A stretch of 64,000 bases of DNA from an uncultured bacterium (GCA_964627205.1 CAZVHI010000005.1:46595-110594), one strand, 5' to 3'. Positions 27,469-37,724 are shown, counted from the first letter of the stretch. Translations and numbers: made by a program. The notes: generated from the letters alone by a model not told the origin.

Positions 27469-27998
27469 GCGAGAGTGTGGGGATCCATCTTCTCGTGCTG
27501 GCCCTGGGGGGCACGCTCCTGCTCGGAGCTTATCACGGCTATCGCGGCGGCCTCGTGCGCAGCGCGTTCAAGCTGCTGGGCCTGGTTGCGGGTCTCCTTC
27601 TGGCCCGGCCGGCGGCCGTGGCCGTAGAGCCCTCCCTCGAGGAGCTTCTCCATTTCCCCGGGTCCTGGTACGTGCTGATCATCGCCTGTTTCGTGGGCAT
27701 CGTCCTGATCTTCGGCCTGGTTGGCTGGCTGATCTCGCTCATGATCCGCTGGACTCCCCTGGGCTGGATCGACAAGCTGGGCGGCGCCGCCCTGGGGCTT
27801 CTGCTGGGACTCTTCGTGGCCGGCCTGCTCCTGGGCCTCCTGGACAACCTGGAGCTGCTCTCGCCCCTGCTGGCGGAGGCTCAGGGATGGGAGGCGGAGT
27901 TCCTGCAACTGCTCTTGGACATCACTCCCGGTCTCTTCGACGGTCTCGAGGCTCTGCTCGACCCCGAGAAGCTACGCGTGCCGCGGGGCGCGGTCTGA
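27465..27998 (+). CDS. cvpA: CvpA family membrane protein (colicin V production protein-like).
   Basis: 4-TM small protein with CvpA-like hydrophobic architecture. Overlapping starts (ATGA). Confidence 0.65.
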   Translation: MSESVGIHLLVLALGGTLLLGAYHGYRGGLVRSAFKLLGLVAGLLLARPAAVAVEPSLEELLHFPGSWYVLIIACFVGIVLIFGLVGWLISLMIRWTPLGWIDKLGGAALGLLLGLFVAGLLLGLLDNLELLSPLLAEAQGWEAEFLQLLLDITPGLFDGLEALLDPEKLRVPRGAV

Positions 27999-30430
27999 TG
28001 CCCTGGCGCGCGAGTGGACCCGCCCTGGACAGCGGCCAGGGTGCCACGGTGCTGGACTTCCCCGAGGTCCTGTCCGCGCTGGCGGAGCACGCCCAGCTCG
28101 AGCGCAGCGCCGAGGCACTGCGGGCCTTGCGCCCCCTCGCAGACCGTGGCTTGATCGACGCGCGGCGCGCGCGCGTGCGCGACTGGCTGCGCTTGCTCGA
28201 GGGGGGCCTGTCCCCCGAGCTCGGCGGGCTCGCGGACCCGGGAGCGCTGCTGGACCGCGCCCGCCGGGAGGGCGCCGAGTTGAGCGGCCCCGGCCTGCGT
28301 TCGCTGGCCGGGACCCTGCGCGCGCTCGCCACCTGCGGATGTTTCCTGCACGAGCACGCAGAGGAGGCGCCCACCCTCGCCGCGGACTGGGGGTCCCCCG
28401 CGGACCTCTCGCCCCTGGCGGACGGAATCGAGCGCTGTCTCGACGACGACGGCGAGCTGAGAGACGACGCGAGCCCCGCACTGGCGCGCATCCGCGCGCA
28501 GATCCGCGAGGCGCGCGAGCAGGTGCGCGTCACCCTCGACGGACTTATCCGCGGCCGGCTGGAGAGCGGCAGGGAGGACGTGCGTCCCCGCATTCGCTCG
28601 GGGCGACTCGTGCTGCCGGTTCGGCGCGAGCAGCGCTCGCGGCTGGCGGGCATCGTCCACGACGAGTCGGCCTCGGGACGCACACTCTTTGTCGAGCCGC
28701 TCGAGACCGTGGAACTGAACAACCGCGTGACCTCGCTGCTCGCGGAGGAGGCCAAGGAGACGGCGCGCATCCTCCGCGACCTCACGCGCAGGGCAGGTCA
28801 ATGGGCGGGCGAGATCACGTCGCAGGTGGAAAGCTTCGCCGGCCTCGACCTGCCTCTGGCCGTAGCCCGCTTCTGGCTGGGCAAGCCGCACGCCTGGGCG
28901 GAGTGGGACGAGGCCGACGGTCTGCGGCTGGCGGGCGCGCGGCATCCCCTGCTGGGTCGCTACCTGCCTGCGGACCAAAAGCTGGTGCCCCTCTCCGTGG
29001 AGCTGGCGCCCGAGCTGCGCCTGCTCCTGGTCACCGGCCCCAACACGGGGGGCAAGACCGTCCTTCTGAAGACCCTGGGTCTGGCAGTGCTGATGAACCA
29101 GTGCGGGCTGCCCCTGCCCGCGGAGGACGGCACGCGGCTCCCCCTGCTGGGACGCGTCTTCGTCGACATCGGAGACGAGCAGTCGCTGGTCGACTCCCGC
29201 TCCACCTTCAGCGCCCACCTGGAGCACCTGACGCGCATGGTCGACCACGCGGAGCCGGACTCGCTGATCCTGGTCGACGAGATCGGCGACGGTACCGATC
29301 CCGAGGAGGGGGCAGCGCTGGCGAGGGCGATCATGAGCCATTGGCTGGGTCGCGGGGCCCGAGCGGTGGTGAGCACGCACTTCGGGATCCTGAAGGGCTT
29401 CGCCCAGGAGACGGACGGCGCAGCCAACGCGGCCATGGAGTTCGACCCCGTGGCGCGCCGACCCCTCTACACGCTGCGCTTCGGTGTGCCGGGAAGCAGC
29501 CGCGCGCTGGCCACCGCCCGCCGTCTGGGCATGGATCCCGTGGTGCTATCGGAGGCGGAGCGGCTGCTCGGCGAGGAAGCCCTGAGCCTGGAAGCCCTGC
29601 TCGAGCGACTCGAGCGGGAGACCCGCGAGGCCACGCGCTCCCGCGAGGAGGGCGAGGCCTCCAGGCAGCGCTACGAGTCGCTGGAGGCTGACTACAAGGA
29701 CCGCCTGACCGGCGTGCGCCGGGAGGAGAAGCGCATCCTGGCCGACGCGCGCCGGGAGGGGCTGAGCTTCCTGACCGACGCGCGCCGGGAGATCGAGGCC
29801 GTCGTGCGCGCGCTGCGGGAGTCGGAGGCCGACCGCGAGAGCATCCAGGCCGCCCACGAAAAGCTAGCCGAGATCGGGCGGCGGCTCGATCGGGTCGCGC
29901 CCGCGCCCGCGCTTGGCGAGGCGCTCACGGACTGGCGGCCCGGCGACCGCGTCCGCCTGCGGAGCACGGGCCGGAGTGGTGAGATCGTGGAGGCGGCGGG
30001 CGAGGGCCGCCTTCGGGTCCGGATCGGCGGGCTCAGTTTGATCCTTCCCTTGGAGGAGCTCGTTCCCGTCTCCCCGGCTCCGGCGGCGGAAGCGGTCGGG
30101 GGTGGAAAGGCTTACGTGGACGTGAGCTACCGCGCCGAGACGCCGGACTCCTACCGGCTCGATCTGCGGGGGCTGACCGTGGAGGAGGCCCTGGAGCAGC
30201 TGGACGGTTTCCTCGACGGCGCGGTGCTCGCCGCCTTCCACTTCGTCGAGATCATTCATGGCAAGGGCACGGGTGCCCTGCGCAGGGCGGTGCAGGACGC
30301 CCTGCGCCAGGACAGCCGCGTGCGGGAACACCACCTGGCAGACCAGAACCAGGGCGGCAGCGGGGCCACCGTCGCCGTGCTGACTGGCGGGGGCGGCGGA
30401 GATCCGGGAGTCCGTGATGAGCGCCCCTAA
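27998..30430 (+). CDS. mutS2: Endonuclease MutS2 (MutS domain III/V ATPase + C-terminal Smr domain).
   Basis: Walker A LVTGPNTGGKT, then DEIGDGTDP, and a Smr tail LDLRGLTVEEAL...IIHGKGTGALR. The track ORF starts upstream at 27887, and the ATG at 27998 overlaps the cvpA stop. Confidence 0.85.
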   Translation: MPWRASGPALDSGQGATVLDFPEVLSALAEHAQLERSAEALRALRPLADRGLIDARRARVRDWLRLLEGGLSPELGGLADPGALLDRARREGAELSGPGLRSLAGTLRALATCGCFLHEHAEEAPTLAADWGSPADLSPLADGIERCLDDDGELRDDASPALARIRAQIREAREQVRVTLDGLIRGRLESGREDVRPRIRSGRLVLPVRREQRSRLAGIVHDESASGRTLFVEPLETVELNNRVTSLLAEEAKETARILRDLTRRAGQWAGEITSQVESFAGLDLPLAVARFWLGKPHAWAEWDEADGLRLAGARHPLLGRYLPADQKLVPLSVELAPELRLLLVTGPNTGGKTVLLKTLGLAVLMNQCGLPLPAEDGTRLPLLGRVFVDIGDEQSLVDSRSTFSAHLEHLTRMVDHAEPDSLILVDEIGDGTDPEEGAALARAIMSHWLGRGARAVVSTHFGILKGFAQETDGAANAAMEFDPVARRPLYTLRFGVPGSSRALATARRLGMDPVVLSEAERLLGEEALSLEALLERLERETREATRSREEGEASRQRYESLEADYKDRLTGVRREEKRILADARREGLSFLTDARREIEAVVRALRESEADRESIQAAHEKLAEIGRRLDRVAPAPALGEALTDWRPGDRVRLRSTGRSGEIVEAAGEGRLRVRIGGLSLILPLEELVPVSPAPAAEAVGGGKAYVDVSYRAETPDSYRLDLRGLTVEEALEQLDGFLDGAVLAAFHFVEIIHGKGTGALRRAVQDALRQDSRVREHHLADQNQGGSGATVAVLTGGGGGDPGVRDERP

Positions 30431-32243
30431 GCAGGACTTCACGGACTTCAAGGAGCGAGTCCGCGCCGCGACGGACGTGGTCGAGCTGGTCGGGCAGTAC
30501 GTGAAGCTGCGCCGTGTCGGCAGCAACTGGCAGGGTCTCTGCCCCTTCCATCACGAGCGTACGCCCAGCTTCAACGTGAGTCCGGAGAGGCAAAACTACT
30601 ACTGCTTCGGTTGCCACAACGGGGGGGATGTGTTTTCTTTCGTCATGGAACAGGAGGGCCTCGACTTCAAGGAGGCGCTCCTGTTTCTGGCCAAGAGGGC
30701 AGGAATCCCCGTGGAGGCCGCGTTCGAAAGGGGAGGGGGACGCAGCCGCCACGATCTCTTCTACCGGATCAACGAATCCAGCGCCGAGTTCTATCACAAG
30801 CTGCTCGCCCGATCGCCGCAGGGAGAGAGGGCACTGGAATACCTGCAGCGGCGCGGAATCGGCGAACAGAGCATCGCCGACTTCCAGCTGGGATTCGCCC
30901 CGCAGTCCTGGAGACAGCTTCACGATCACCTGAGCGCGCAGGACTTCCCCCCTGAGCGCAGCGAGGAGGTCGGACTGATCCGGCGGAAGTCCTCCGGACC
31001 CGGATTCTATGACACCTTCCGAAACCGCATTCTCTTTCCCGTCCGCTCGGTGGGCGGACGAGCGCTCGGTTTCGGCGCGAGGGTCCTGGACGATTCGCTG
31101 CCCAAATACATCAACTCCGCCGACAGCCCTGTCTACACGAAGAAGGCCATCCTCTACGGCCTGGACCGGGCCTGGCGCGAGATCAGGCGGAGCAAACTGG
31201 CCCTGCTGGTGGAGGGCTACTTCGATGTGATCGCCCTCCACCAGGCCGGCATCCCTCTCGCCGTGGCAGTCTGCGGCACGGCCTTCAGCAGCGAGCAGGC
31301 GCGGCTGCTCGCCCGCTACAGCGAGAGGATCTGCATCGTCACCGACGGCGACGCGGCCGGACAGAGGGCGGCGGTGCGCGCGGCGGGGGTCCTGCTGACC
31401 GTCGGCGCGCGGCCCGCGGTGGCGAGCATGGAGGCGGGCGAGGATCCCGACTCCCTCGTGCGCAAGATCGGCGGTGAGGCCTTCCGGGAGCGCGTGCAGG
31501 GCGCGCCCGGCTACTTCGAGTTCCTGCGCGGACTCGTGCGGCAGCGCGGCGACCGTCCCGCGGAGAAGGAGCGGGCGATTCGGCGCGTCCTGGAGGACCT
31601 CAGCGCCTTCGACGACGGGGACCTGCGCCTGGAGAGCCTGCTGGAGGAGCTGTCGGAGGTGTTCACCGTGGAGCGGGGCGTCCTCACGCGCGCCCTGCGG
31701 AAGGCGCGGCGTCCCGCACCGGCCGGCGCCTCCGCCCGGGAGGCGCGCAGCACCGGTGAGGAGGAGCTGAGCGGCGAGGAGGACGAGCAGCAGGAGCGGC
31801 GCGAGAAGCTGCTCCTGCGCATCCTGCTCGATGGCGGCGAGAACCGCGACGCCCTGCTGGCGATCCTCCAGCCCGAGCACTTCGGCGATCCCCTGCGGGC
31901 GCGCCTGTTCTCGGTGCTCGCCGCCCTGGGGCGCGCACCCGGGCCCAAGGAGCTGGGGGAGCTCTTCCCCGATCCGGCAGCCGCCGCGGCGGTCGGCGAG
32001 CTGAGCTTCCTCGCGCTGCCGGCCGAGAGTGGGCGAGAATGGGTTCAGGCGAGCGCCCTGCGTCTGAAGCTGAAACGCCTGCTCGAACTCAACCGCGACT
32101 TCCAGGGCCGGGCTCAGGCGATGGAACTGGCGGGGGAGACGGTGCAGCCCGATCTGCTGGCGGAGTGGAGGCACGTGGGGGAAGCCATCCGCGAAGTACG
32201 CGCGGAGATCGATCAGATACTTGCTAAGCGGAAGGGGTCCTAG
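30414..32243 (+). CDS. dnaG: DNA primase DnaG.
   Basis: Zinc-binding [11 protein letters not shown]...[15 protein letters not shown] domain, 609 aa. Confidence 0.9.
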   Translation: MMSAPKQDFTDFKERVRAATDVVELVGQYVKLRRVGSNWQGLCPFHHERTPSFNVSPERQNYYCFGCHNGGDVFSFVMEQEGLDFKEALLFLAKRAGIPVEAAFERGGGRSRHDLFYRINESSAEFYHKLLARSPQGERALEYLQRRGIGEQSIADFQLGFAPQSWRQLHDHLSAQDFPPERSEEVGLIRRKSSGPGFYDTFRNRILFPVRSVGGRALGFGARVLDDSLPKYINSADSPVYTKKAILYGLDRAWREIRRSKLALLVEGYFDVIALHQAGIPLAVAVCGTAFSSEQARLLARYSERICIVTDGDAAGQRAAVRAAGVLLTVGARPAVASMEAGEDPDSLVRKIGGEAFRERVQGAPGYFEFLRGLVRQRGDRPAEKERAIRRVLEDLSAFDDGDLRLESLLEELSEVFTVERGVLTRALRKARRPAPAGASAREARSTGEEELSGEEDEQQERREKLLLRILLDGGENRDALLAILQPEHFGDPLRARLFSVLAALGRAPGPKELGELFPDPAAAAAVGELSFLALPAESGREWVQASALRLKLKRLLELNRDFQGRAQAMELAGETVQPDLLAEWRHVGEAIREVRAEIDQILAKRKGS

Positions 32244-32247
32244 GCGA

Positions 32248-34002
32248 ATGAGCAAGAGCAAGACCAGTCGCATCATCGTTGCCCTGAAGAAGCTGGCGGA
32301 GAAGAAGTCCTACCTCCTGCACGACGACATCTACGAGCAGTTCTCCGAGGAGTTCGACATTGACGCGGTAGACACCGTCTACTCGCGCCTGTCCGAGCTG
32401 GGCATCGATGTTTACGACAGCCAGGAAGAAGCGCAGGCCAAGCTCAAGGCTCAGGAGGCGCGGCAGAAGAAGCTCTCGGAGAAGATGAGCCAGGCCGCCG
32501 TACAGAGCATGCGCTACGACGACCCCGTGCGCATGTACCTGCGCGAGATGGGCAAGGTCCCGCTCCTGGACCGCGAGGGCGAAATCGCCATCGCGAAGCG
32601 AATCGAGGCGGGCAAGCATCAGGTGATCGAATCGCTCTTCAACTCGTCCCTTGCCGAGCTCTTCATCGGGGACTGGATCCAGGCGCTGAACGCGGGCGAC
32701 CTCAGCGTCGAGGACCTGATCCAGGTGGACACGGGCGGCTACCAGGAGCACCACACTCCCCAGGGGCGGGACAAGGCGGCCGTGGTGCGCTCCCTCAAGA
32801 AGATCTGCAGGCTGAGGACGGAGTTCCTTGCCTTCCACGAGAAGCAGCGCCGGGCGAGCACGGATCGGCAGAAGAAGTCGGCCACCAAGGCCCTCACGCT
32901 CCGCGAGGATCGCTGGCGCGGTCTGATGCACGGACTGAACTTCCAGCCCAAGCACGTGGACGCCCTTGTCGAGTCCGTCCGGGAACAGCACGAGGAATAC
33001 ACGGGCCTGGCTAAGCAGATCTCCCACTACGAGAAGTTCCTCGGCATGGAGTACGGCGGTCTCCGTGAGACCCTGAAGAAGATGCGGGATCGTGGGTGGA
33101 AGACGATCCAGATTCGCGGCAAGGGCAAGTGGACCTTCTCCTCCCTGGAGGATCTACGGAAGAAAGAGTACTCCCTGATCCGCAACCTGCGGGCGATGGA
33201 GAAGAGCCGGGGGATCACCCGCGAGGAGCTGCAGGGCACGGTGAACCGGGTCGAGGACGGCGAGCGCAAGGGACAGCAGGCGAAGAAGGAGATGATCGAG
33301 GCCAATGTGCGGCTGGTGATCTCGATCGCCAAGCGCTATACGAACCGCGGCCTCGAGTTCCTTGACCTCATCCAGGAGGGGAACGGCGGCCTTATGCGGG
33401 CCGTGGACAAATTCGACTACCGCAAGGGTTACAAGTTCTCCACCTACGGTACCTGGTGGATCCGCCAGGCTATCACGCGGGCGATCGCGGACCAGGCGCG
33501 AACGATCCGTGTGCCGGTCCACATGATCGAGGCGATCAACAAGGTCAGCCGGGCGAGCCGCAAGCTCATCCAGGAGTACGGGCGCGAGCCAACGCCCGAG
33601 GAAGTCGCCAAGTACCTCAACTTCCCCGTCGAAAAGGTCAAGGGCGTGATGAAGGCGAGCATGGAGCCCATCAGCCTGGACCGACCCATCGGCGAGGACG
33701 AGGACAGCAACCTCGGCGACTTCATCGAGGACCTGCACGCCGACAGCCCCGCCTCCTCGGCGGCGCACTCGATGCTAAAGGACCAGCTCGCCAAGGTGCT
33801 CTCCACGCTGACCCGTCGCGAGGAAAAGGTGATCCGCCTGCGCTTCGGCCTGGGGGACGGCACGCCGCGCACCCTGGAGGAAGTGGGCACGATCTTCCAG
33901 GTGACGCGCGAGCGCGTGCGGCAGATCGAGGCGAAGGCGATTCGCAAGCTGCAGCACCCCAGCCGGGCGCGCAAGCTCAAGGGCTACGTGGAGAATTACT
34001 GA
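32248..34002 (+). CDS. rpoD: RNA polymerase sigma factor RpoD (sigma-70).
   Basis: Regions 1.2-4.2, including [24 protein letters not shown] and the region 4 HTH. dnaG-rpoD synteny. Confidence 0.95.
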   Translation: MSKSKTSRIIVALKKLAEKKSYLLHDDIYEQFSEEFDIDAVDTVYSRLSELGIDVYDSQEEAQAKLKAQEARQKKLSEKMSQAAVQSMRYDDPVRMYLREMGKVPLLDREGEIAIAKRIEAGKHQVIESLFNSSLAELFIGDWIQALNAGDLSVEDLIQVDTGGYQEHHTPQGRDKAAVVRSLKKICRLRTEFLAFHEKQRRASTDRQKKSATKALTLREDRWRGLMHGLNFQPKHVDALVESVREQHEEYTGLAKQISHYEKFLGMEYGGLRETLKKMRDRGWKTIQIRGKGKWTFSSLEDLRKKEYSLIRNLRAMEKSRGITREELQGTVNRVEDGERKGQQAKKEMIEANVRLVISIAKRYTNRGLEFLDLIQEGNGGLMRAVDKFDYRKGYKFSTYGTWWIRQAITRAIADQARTIRVPVHMIEAINKVSRASRKLIQEYGREPTPEEVAKYLNFPVEKVKGVMKASMEPISLDRPIGEDEDSNLGDFIEDLHADSPASSAAHSMLKDQLAKVLSTLTRREEKVIRLRFGLGDGTPRTLEEVGTIFQVTRERVRQIEAKAIRKLQHPSRARKLKGYVENY

Positions 34003-34044
34003 GCTCGCCTAGCGTCGCGTGGCCAGGCTTCGTACAGCAGTCCG

Positions 34045-35172
34045 CTAGGAGCCGTCGAAGCCGATCTTCGGGTCATAGCGGCGCTCGTCCTCATGGCAAT
34101 CGGCGCAGTCCGGCGGCGTGCCGAATCCCTGTACATGGCAGTCGGAGCAGTCGGCCTCGCGGTGCTCTTCGTCGAGCTCCACGCCTGTGGACGCGTGGCT
34201 GAACTCGGTCGGCTGCCAGTCACCCGGGTGACAGAACTGGCAGCGCGGTTCGAGCTTCATGAAGGCTCCTCGCTGGCCATGGCAGCTGCGGCAGCTGAGC
34301 CCGGCATGATAGCTCGCCAGGGGCCAGCCGGTGACGTCGTGGCTGAATAGGTCGTTCGGGTCGCGGCCGTGGCAGGTATCGCAGTACTCGTCTTCCTCCC
34401 TGTGGCATCGGAAACAGGTGTCGTGCAAGTCGGTCTCGGTGGGAGCGCCCATCGGGTGCAGCTCCTCGCCCTGCACGTGGCAGCGCTTGCAGCTCTGCTG
34501 CTGATGGCACTCGACGCAGTCCCGCTCGTAGAGCTCCGAGTGGTTCCTGTGGTGGAATGGAACCTTGTCCCCCTCCTCGTACTCGGTCCGGAAGACGATC
34601 AGCTCGATCAGCTCGATCTTCTCGTAGTGGGAGTGTTCGCAGACCTCTGACGGTATTCCCGGCACCGCCTTCTCGTGGCAGATCTCGCAGGCGGTGTCGT
34701 TGTCCCACTCCTCGTGGCAGGCGAGACAGTTCCGGTGGTAGGCGCCCTTGAGCCCCGGCTGGGCGATGTCCTCGTGGACGATCTCCGTGGGGTGGCAGCT
34801 CTTGCATTCGGGGTGCGGGTCGTTCGGGGGCGTGAAGTGGTGGCAGGTCTCGCAACCCCCGTTCAGCTGGACCATCTCGGCATGCCGCAGGTGGTTGAAA
34901 CGCACGGGGACGTAGAGCTTCTCCAGCTCGTCCATGATCACGATGCTGGGCCCCATCTCCGCTTCCAGGGCGTCCATGACCTCGTGGCGCGGGCAGATCT
35001 GCGACTTCAGGCAGGGGTTCACCGGCGACGGCCGCTCGCAGTGGTGGCACTCGTTGCAGTCGGGGGTCCTGCGAGTCGCCTCCGCTGCGACGGGTTGCAA
35101 TGCCGTGCAGAGGATCGTGACCACGAACAGTAGAAGGCCAAGCGATCTCTCGACTTCACTTCGCTTCTTCAC
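34045..35172 (-). CDS. Periplasmic multiheme c-type cytochrome with 13 CxxCH motifs.
   Basis: Signal peptide, then CNECH, CETCH, CKSCH, CLACH, CEICH, CVECH, CKRCH, CFRCH, CDTCH, CRSCH, CQFCH, CSDCH, CADCH. GTG start at 35172. Confidence 0.85.
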   Translation of the reverse strand: MKKRSEVERSLGLLLFVVTILCTALQPVAAEATRRTPDCNECHHCERPSPVNPCLKSQICPRHEVMDALEAEMGPSIVIMDELEKLYVPVRFNHLRHAEMVQLNGGCETCHHFTPPNDPHPECKSCHPTEIVHEDIAQPGLKGAYHRNCLACHEEWDNDTACEICHEKAVPGIPSEVCEHSHYEKIELIELIVFRTEYEEGDKVPFHHRNHSELYERDCVECHQQQSCKRCHVQGEELHPMGAPTETDLHDTCFRCHREEDEYCDTCHGRDPNDLFSHDVTGWPLASYHAGLSCRSCHGQRGAFMKLEPRCQFCHPGDWQPTEFSHASTGVELDEEHREADCSDCHVQGFGTPPDCADCHEDERRYDPKIGFDGS

Positions 35173-35321
35173 CGTTGTCCTCTCTTACTGCTCTTCCCCT
35201 TCTTCGCCGGAGTGGCCACCAGCGCTCTGATGAAGACGATGAAGAGCAGGAGATAGCCGATGACCAGCAGGTACTCGATGCCCTTGGTTGCGAAGATGTC
35301 CACGTACTCGAAACTTTCCAT
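35169..35321 (-). CDS. Unannotated 50-aa single-TM protein (putative small subunit of the redox complex).
   Basis: MESFEYVDIFATKGIEYLLVIGYLLLFIVFIRALVATPAKKGKSSKRGQR. Its TGA overlaps the cytochrome GTG start (GTGA), and its ATG lies 1 nt after the NrfD-like gene stop. Not in the ORF track (too short). Confidence 0.5.
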   Translation of the reverse strand: MESFEYVDIFATKGIEYLLVIGYLLLFIVFIRALVATPAKKGKSSKRGQR

Positions 35322-35322
35322 C

Positions 35323-36573
35323 TCATCCCCCCTTGCCTGTCGCCTCGTCCGCCGTCGCCCAGGCGGGCGGATCCCCGAGCACCGGCATCCGGTTCACGAC
35401 CCAGCGGAACACCCAGATCTCGGCGCAGATCACACCCAGTGTAACCTCGATCTCCATCCAGGTCGGCACGTAGCGCACGGCCGCGTCCCACTGGAAGGCG
35501 ATGACCGAGATGTTGAGCCGGTTGAGGATGATGCCGACCATCGCCAGGACCGCGGCGACGCGGATCGTGCCCACGCTACGGCTGCGCACCGCCCGGAAGA
35601 AGAGGACGCCGGGCAGGAGGACGAAGCCGATCACCTCGAGCAGGTACCAGGCTCCCCAGGCCGTTCCCAGCTGTTGCCAGTGCTGGCCGTGCACCAGGAT
35701 GAGCAGCTTCATGAAGAGGTAGACGAAGATCGCGCCGGCGCAGATCCGGCCCAGGCCGACGAGGATGTCGTCCTGGGACGCGTGCGCCCCGCGGCCGAGC
35801 CGGTGGCTGAACACCCTGTGGCTGATCGAGCCCTCGAAGATCACCATCGAGAGCCCGGCGAAGATGCTGGAGACGAAGAAGAGCACGGGGATGAACTCCG
35901 TGTACCACAGGGGATGGATCTTGCTCTTCGCCGTCAGGAAGAGCGCGCCGAGGCCCGACTGGTGCAGCGTGGAGAGCGTGATCCCGAAAATCACCGCGCC
36001 GATCGTCAGCACGGCGAAGATCCGCCGCACGCGCCGCCAGCCGAGCCACTCGGCCACGGCGGGGAAGAACTCGATCAGCTCGGCGAGCATGTAGAGCAGG
36101 AAGTGCCAGGCCACGAGGAAGAGCACCGAACTGACGCCGAAGGAGTTACCGATGATCGGATTGACGACGTTCCAGGGTCTGCCCAGGTCGAGCAATAGCG
36201 CGCCCGCGTAGAACACGTAGGCGAGGAAGCCGTTCAGGACCGTCGCCCGTACGATGGGGTGATACTGCTTGGCGCCGAGGATGTAGACGAGGAAGGTGAG
36301 CACGTAGGCACCGCCGGCGAAGGCGACGCCGGTGACCACGTCGAAGCCGATCCAGATGCCCCAGGGATAGTCCTGGGACAGGTTGGTGATCGCCCCGAGC
36401 CCCTTGGCGAAGCGGATCACAAGCAGGAACACAGCCAGCAGGATGATCGGAATCGAGATCAGGTTGAAGGGCGTCAGCAGGCTGCCCTTGGGCTTCAGCT
36501 CGCGCGCGAGGAAGCCGGCGAGCTCCCGAGGCCGGACGGCTTCTTGCGTCGGCGAACCCAAGGGCCGGCTCAT
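35323..36573 (-). CDS. NrfD/PsrC/HybB-family integral membrane quinone-interacting subunit.
   Basis: 416 aa with about 8-10 TM helices. NrfD-like topology. The start overlaps the FeS gene stop. Confidence 0.8.
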   Translation of the reverse strand: MSRPLGSPTQEAVRPRELAGFLARELKPKGSLLTPFNLISIPIILLAVFLLVIRFAKGLGAITNLSQDYPWGIWIGFDVVTGVAFAGGAYVLTFLVYILGAKQYHPIVRATVLNGFLAYVFYAGALLLDLGRPWNVVNPIIGNSFGVSSVLFLVAWHFLLYMLAELIEFFPAVAEWLGWRRVRRIFAVLTIGAVIFGITLSTLHQSGLGALFLTAKSKIHPLWYTEFIPVLFFVSSIFAGLSMVIFEGSISHRVFSHRLGRGAHASQDDILVGLGRICAGAIFVYLFMKLLILVHGQHWQQLGTAWGAWYLLEVIGFVLLPGVLFFRAVRSRSVGTIRVAAVLAMVGIILNRLNISVIAFQWDAAVRYVPTWMEIEVTLGVICAEIWVFRWVVNRMPVLGDPPAWATADEATGKGG

Positions 36574-37439
36574 GGCGCCTCCTCGCCCAAGGTCTCGCGC
36601 TCAGCGCGTCGCGTCCGACTCGCCCCGTAGAGGAAGGCCGGCCAGAGAAGCAGGATGATGGGCACGGAGTAGAGGAAATCCTGCGTGTGCTCCGGGATCG
36701 GTGTCGTCCCGAGATCGGTCCGGAAGCCGATCTGCTTGAAGGGGACCGCCGAGAGGTAGAGCCACGAGGTTCCACCCACCTCGCACTCGCCGTAGATGTC
36801 GTGAACGTACTTCTCCGGGTTGCCGTAGATCCTGCTCCGCGCGATCTCGACGAGCTCCCGGCGCGTGCCGAAGGCGAGCGCCTCGACGGGGCAGCCCTCG
36901 ACGCACGCGGGAATCTGCCCCTGCTGCAAGCGCTCCGCACAGAAGACGCACTTCTGGATCTTGGGGTTGGCGCTGTGGTACTCGAACTTGGGCACGTCGA
37001 AGGGGCAGGAGATCATGCAGTAGCGGCAGCCCATGCACTTGTCTCCGCGCCAGATGACCGGGCCCCGCCGCGTCTTGTGCATCGCCTGGACCAGGCAGGC
37101 CGACGCGCAACCGGGCTGGTTGCAGTGCATGCACTGCCGCTTGACGAAGAACTCACCCTTTTCCGTCTCGAAGCGGTTGACCACGGTCCACTGGGACGGG
37201 CTCGTCCGCCGTGGCTGAGCGAAGACGCTCTTGTCCTTGATGTCGGGCACGGGGAGGGCGTGGGTTTCCGCGCAGGCCTCCTCGCACTTGCGGCAGCCGT
37301 TGCAGCGCACGGTGTCGACGAGCACGGACAGGAACTCCGTGTCGTCTCCTCGCGCGGGAGCCCGGCCGGAGGCGCGTCCCGGCAGGAGACCCGTCCCCGC
37401 TGCGCCGCCCACCAGTTTGAGGAACTGCCTTCTCTCCAT
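36570..37439 (-). CDS. Tat-exported 4x[4Fe-4S] ferredoxin-type subunit (HybA/NrfC/PsrB/HmcB-like) with a C-terminal TM anchor.
   Basis: Twin-arginine signal MERRQFLKLVGGAAGTG. Four Cys clusters (CNGCRKCEEAC...CP, CMHCNQPGCASAC, CMGCRYCMISCP, CVFCAERL...CVEGCP). C-terminal hydrophobic helix. Confidence 0.85.
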   Translation of the reverse strand: MERRQFLKLVGGAAGTGLLPGRASGRAPARGDDTEFLSVLVDTVRCNGCRKCEEACAETHALPVPDIKDKSVFAQPRRTSPSQWTVVNRFETEKGEFFVKRQCMHCNQPGCASACLVQAMHKTRRGPVIWRGDKCMGCRYCMISCPFDVPKFEYHSANPKIQKCVFCAERLQQGQIPACVEGCPVEALAFGTRRELVEIARSRIYGNPEKYVHDIYGECEVGGTSWLYLSAVPFKQIGFRTDLGTTPIPEHTQDFLYSVPIILLLWPAFLYGASRTRRAERETLGEEAP

Positions 37440-37650
37440 GGCTCTGGAATCTCCTCGTATGGAATGGGACGCGGAAGTTCCCGGATATCATAGTTCAGGG
37501 CCTTTTTAACTTCAATATGAATTCGGGATTTCTTTCTCTAGGATACCTGGATACTTGGGACTGCGCCTCAAACGGGGATCGGAGCAGCATTCGGGGGGGG
37601 GGCAGATCCCCTTGACTCGCAAGCTCTTCGGGCCTAGCCTCGGCCACAGC

Positions 37651-37724
37651 GGGCCCATAGCTCAGTTGGTCAGAGCGGGCGACTCATAATCGTTCGGTCG
37701 CAGGTTCGAGTCCTGCTGGGCCCA
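37651..37724 (+). tRNA. tRNA-Met (anticodon CAT; elongator Met or lysidine-modified Ile2).
   Basis: Acceptor GGGCCCA/TGGGCCC, anticodon loop CTCATAA, T-arm GCAGG TTCGAGT CCTGC. Confidence 0.8.
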
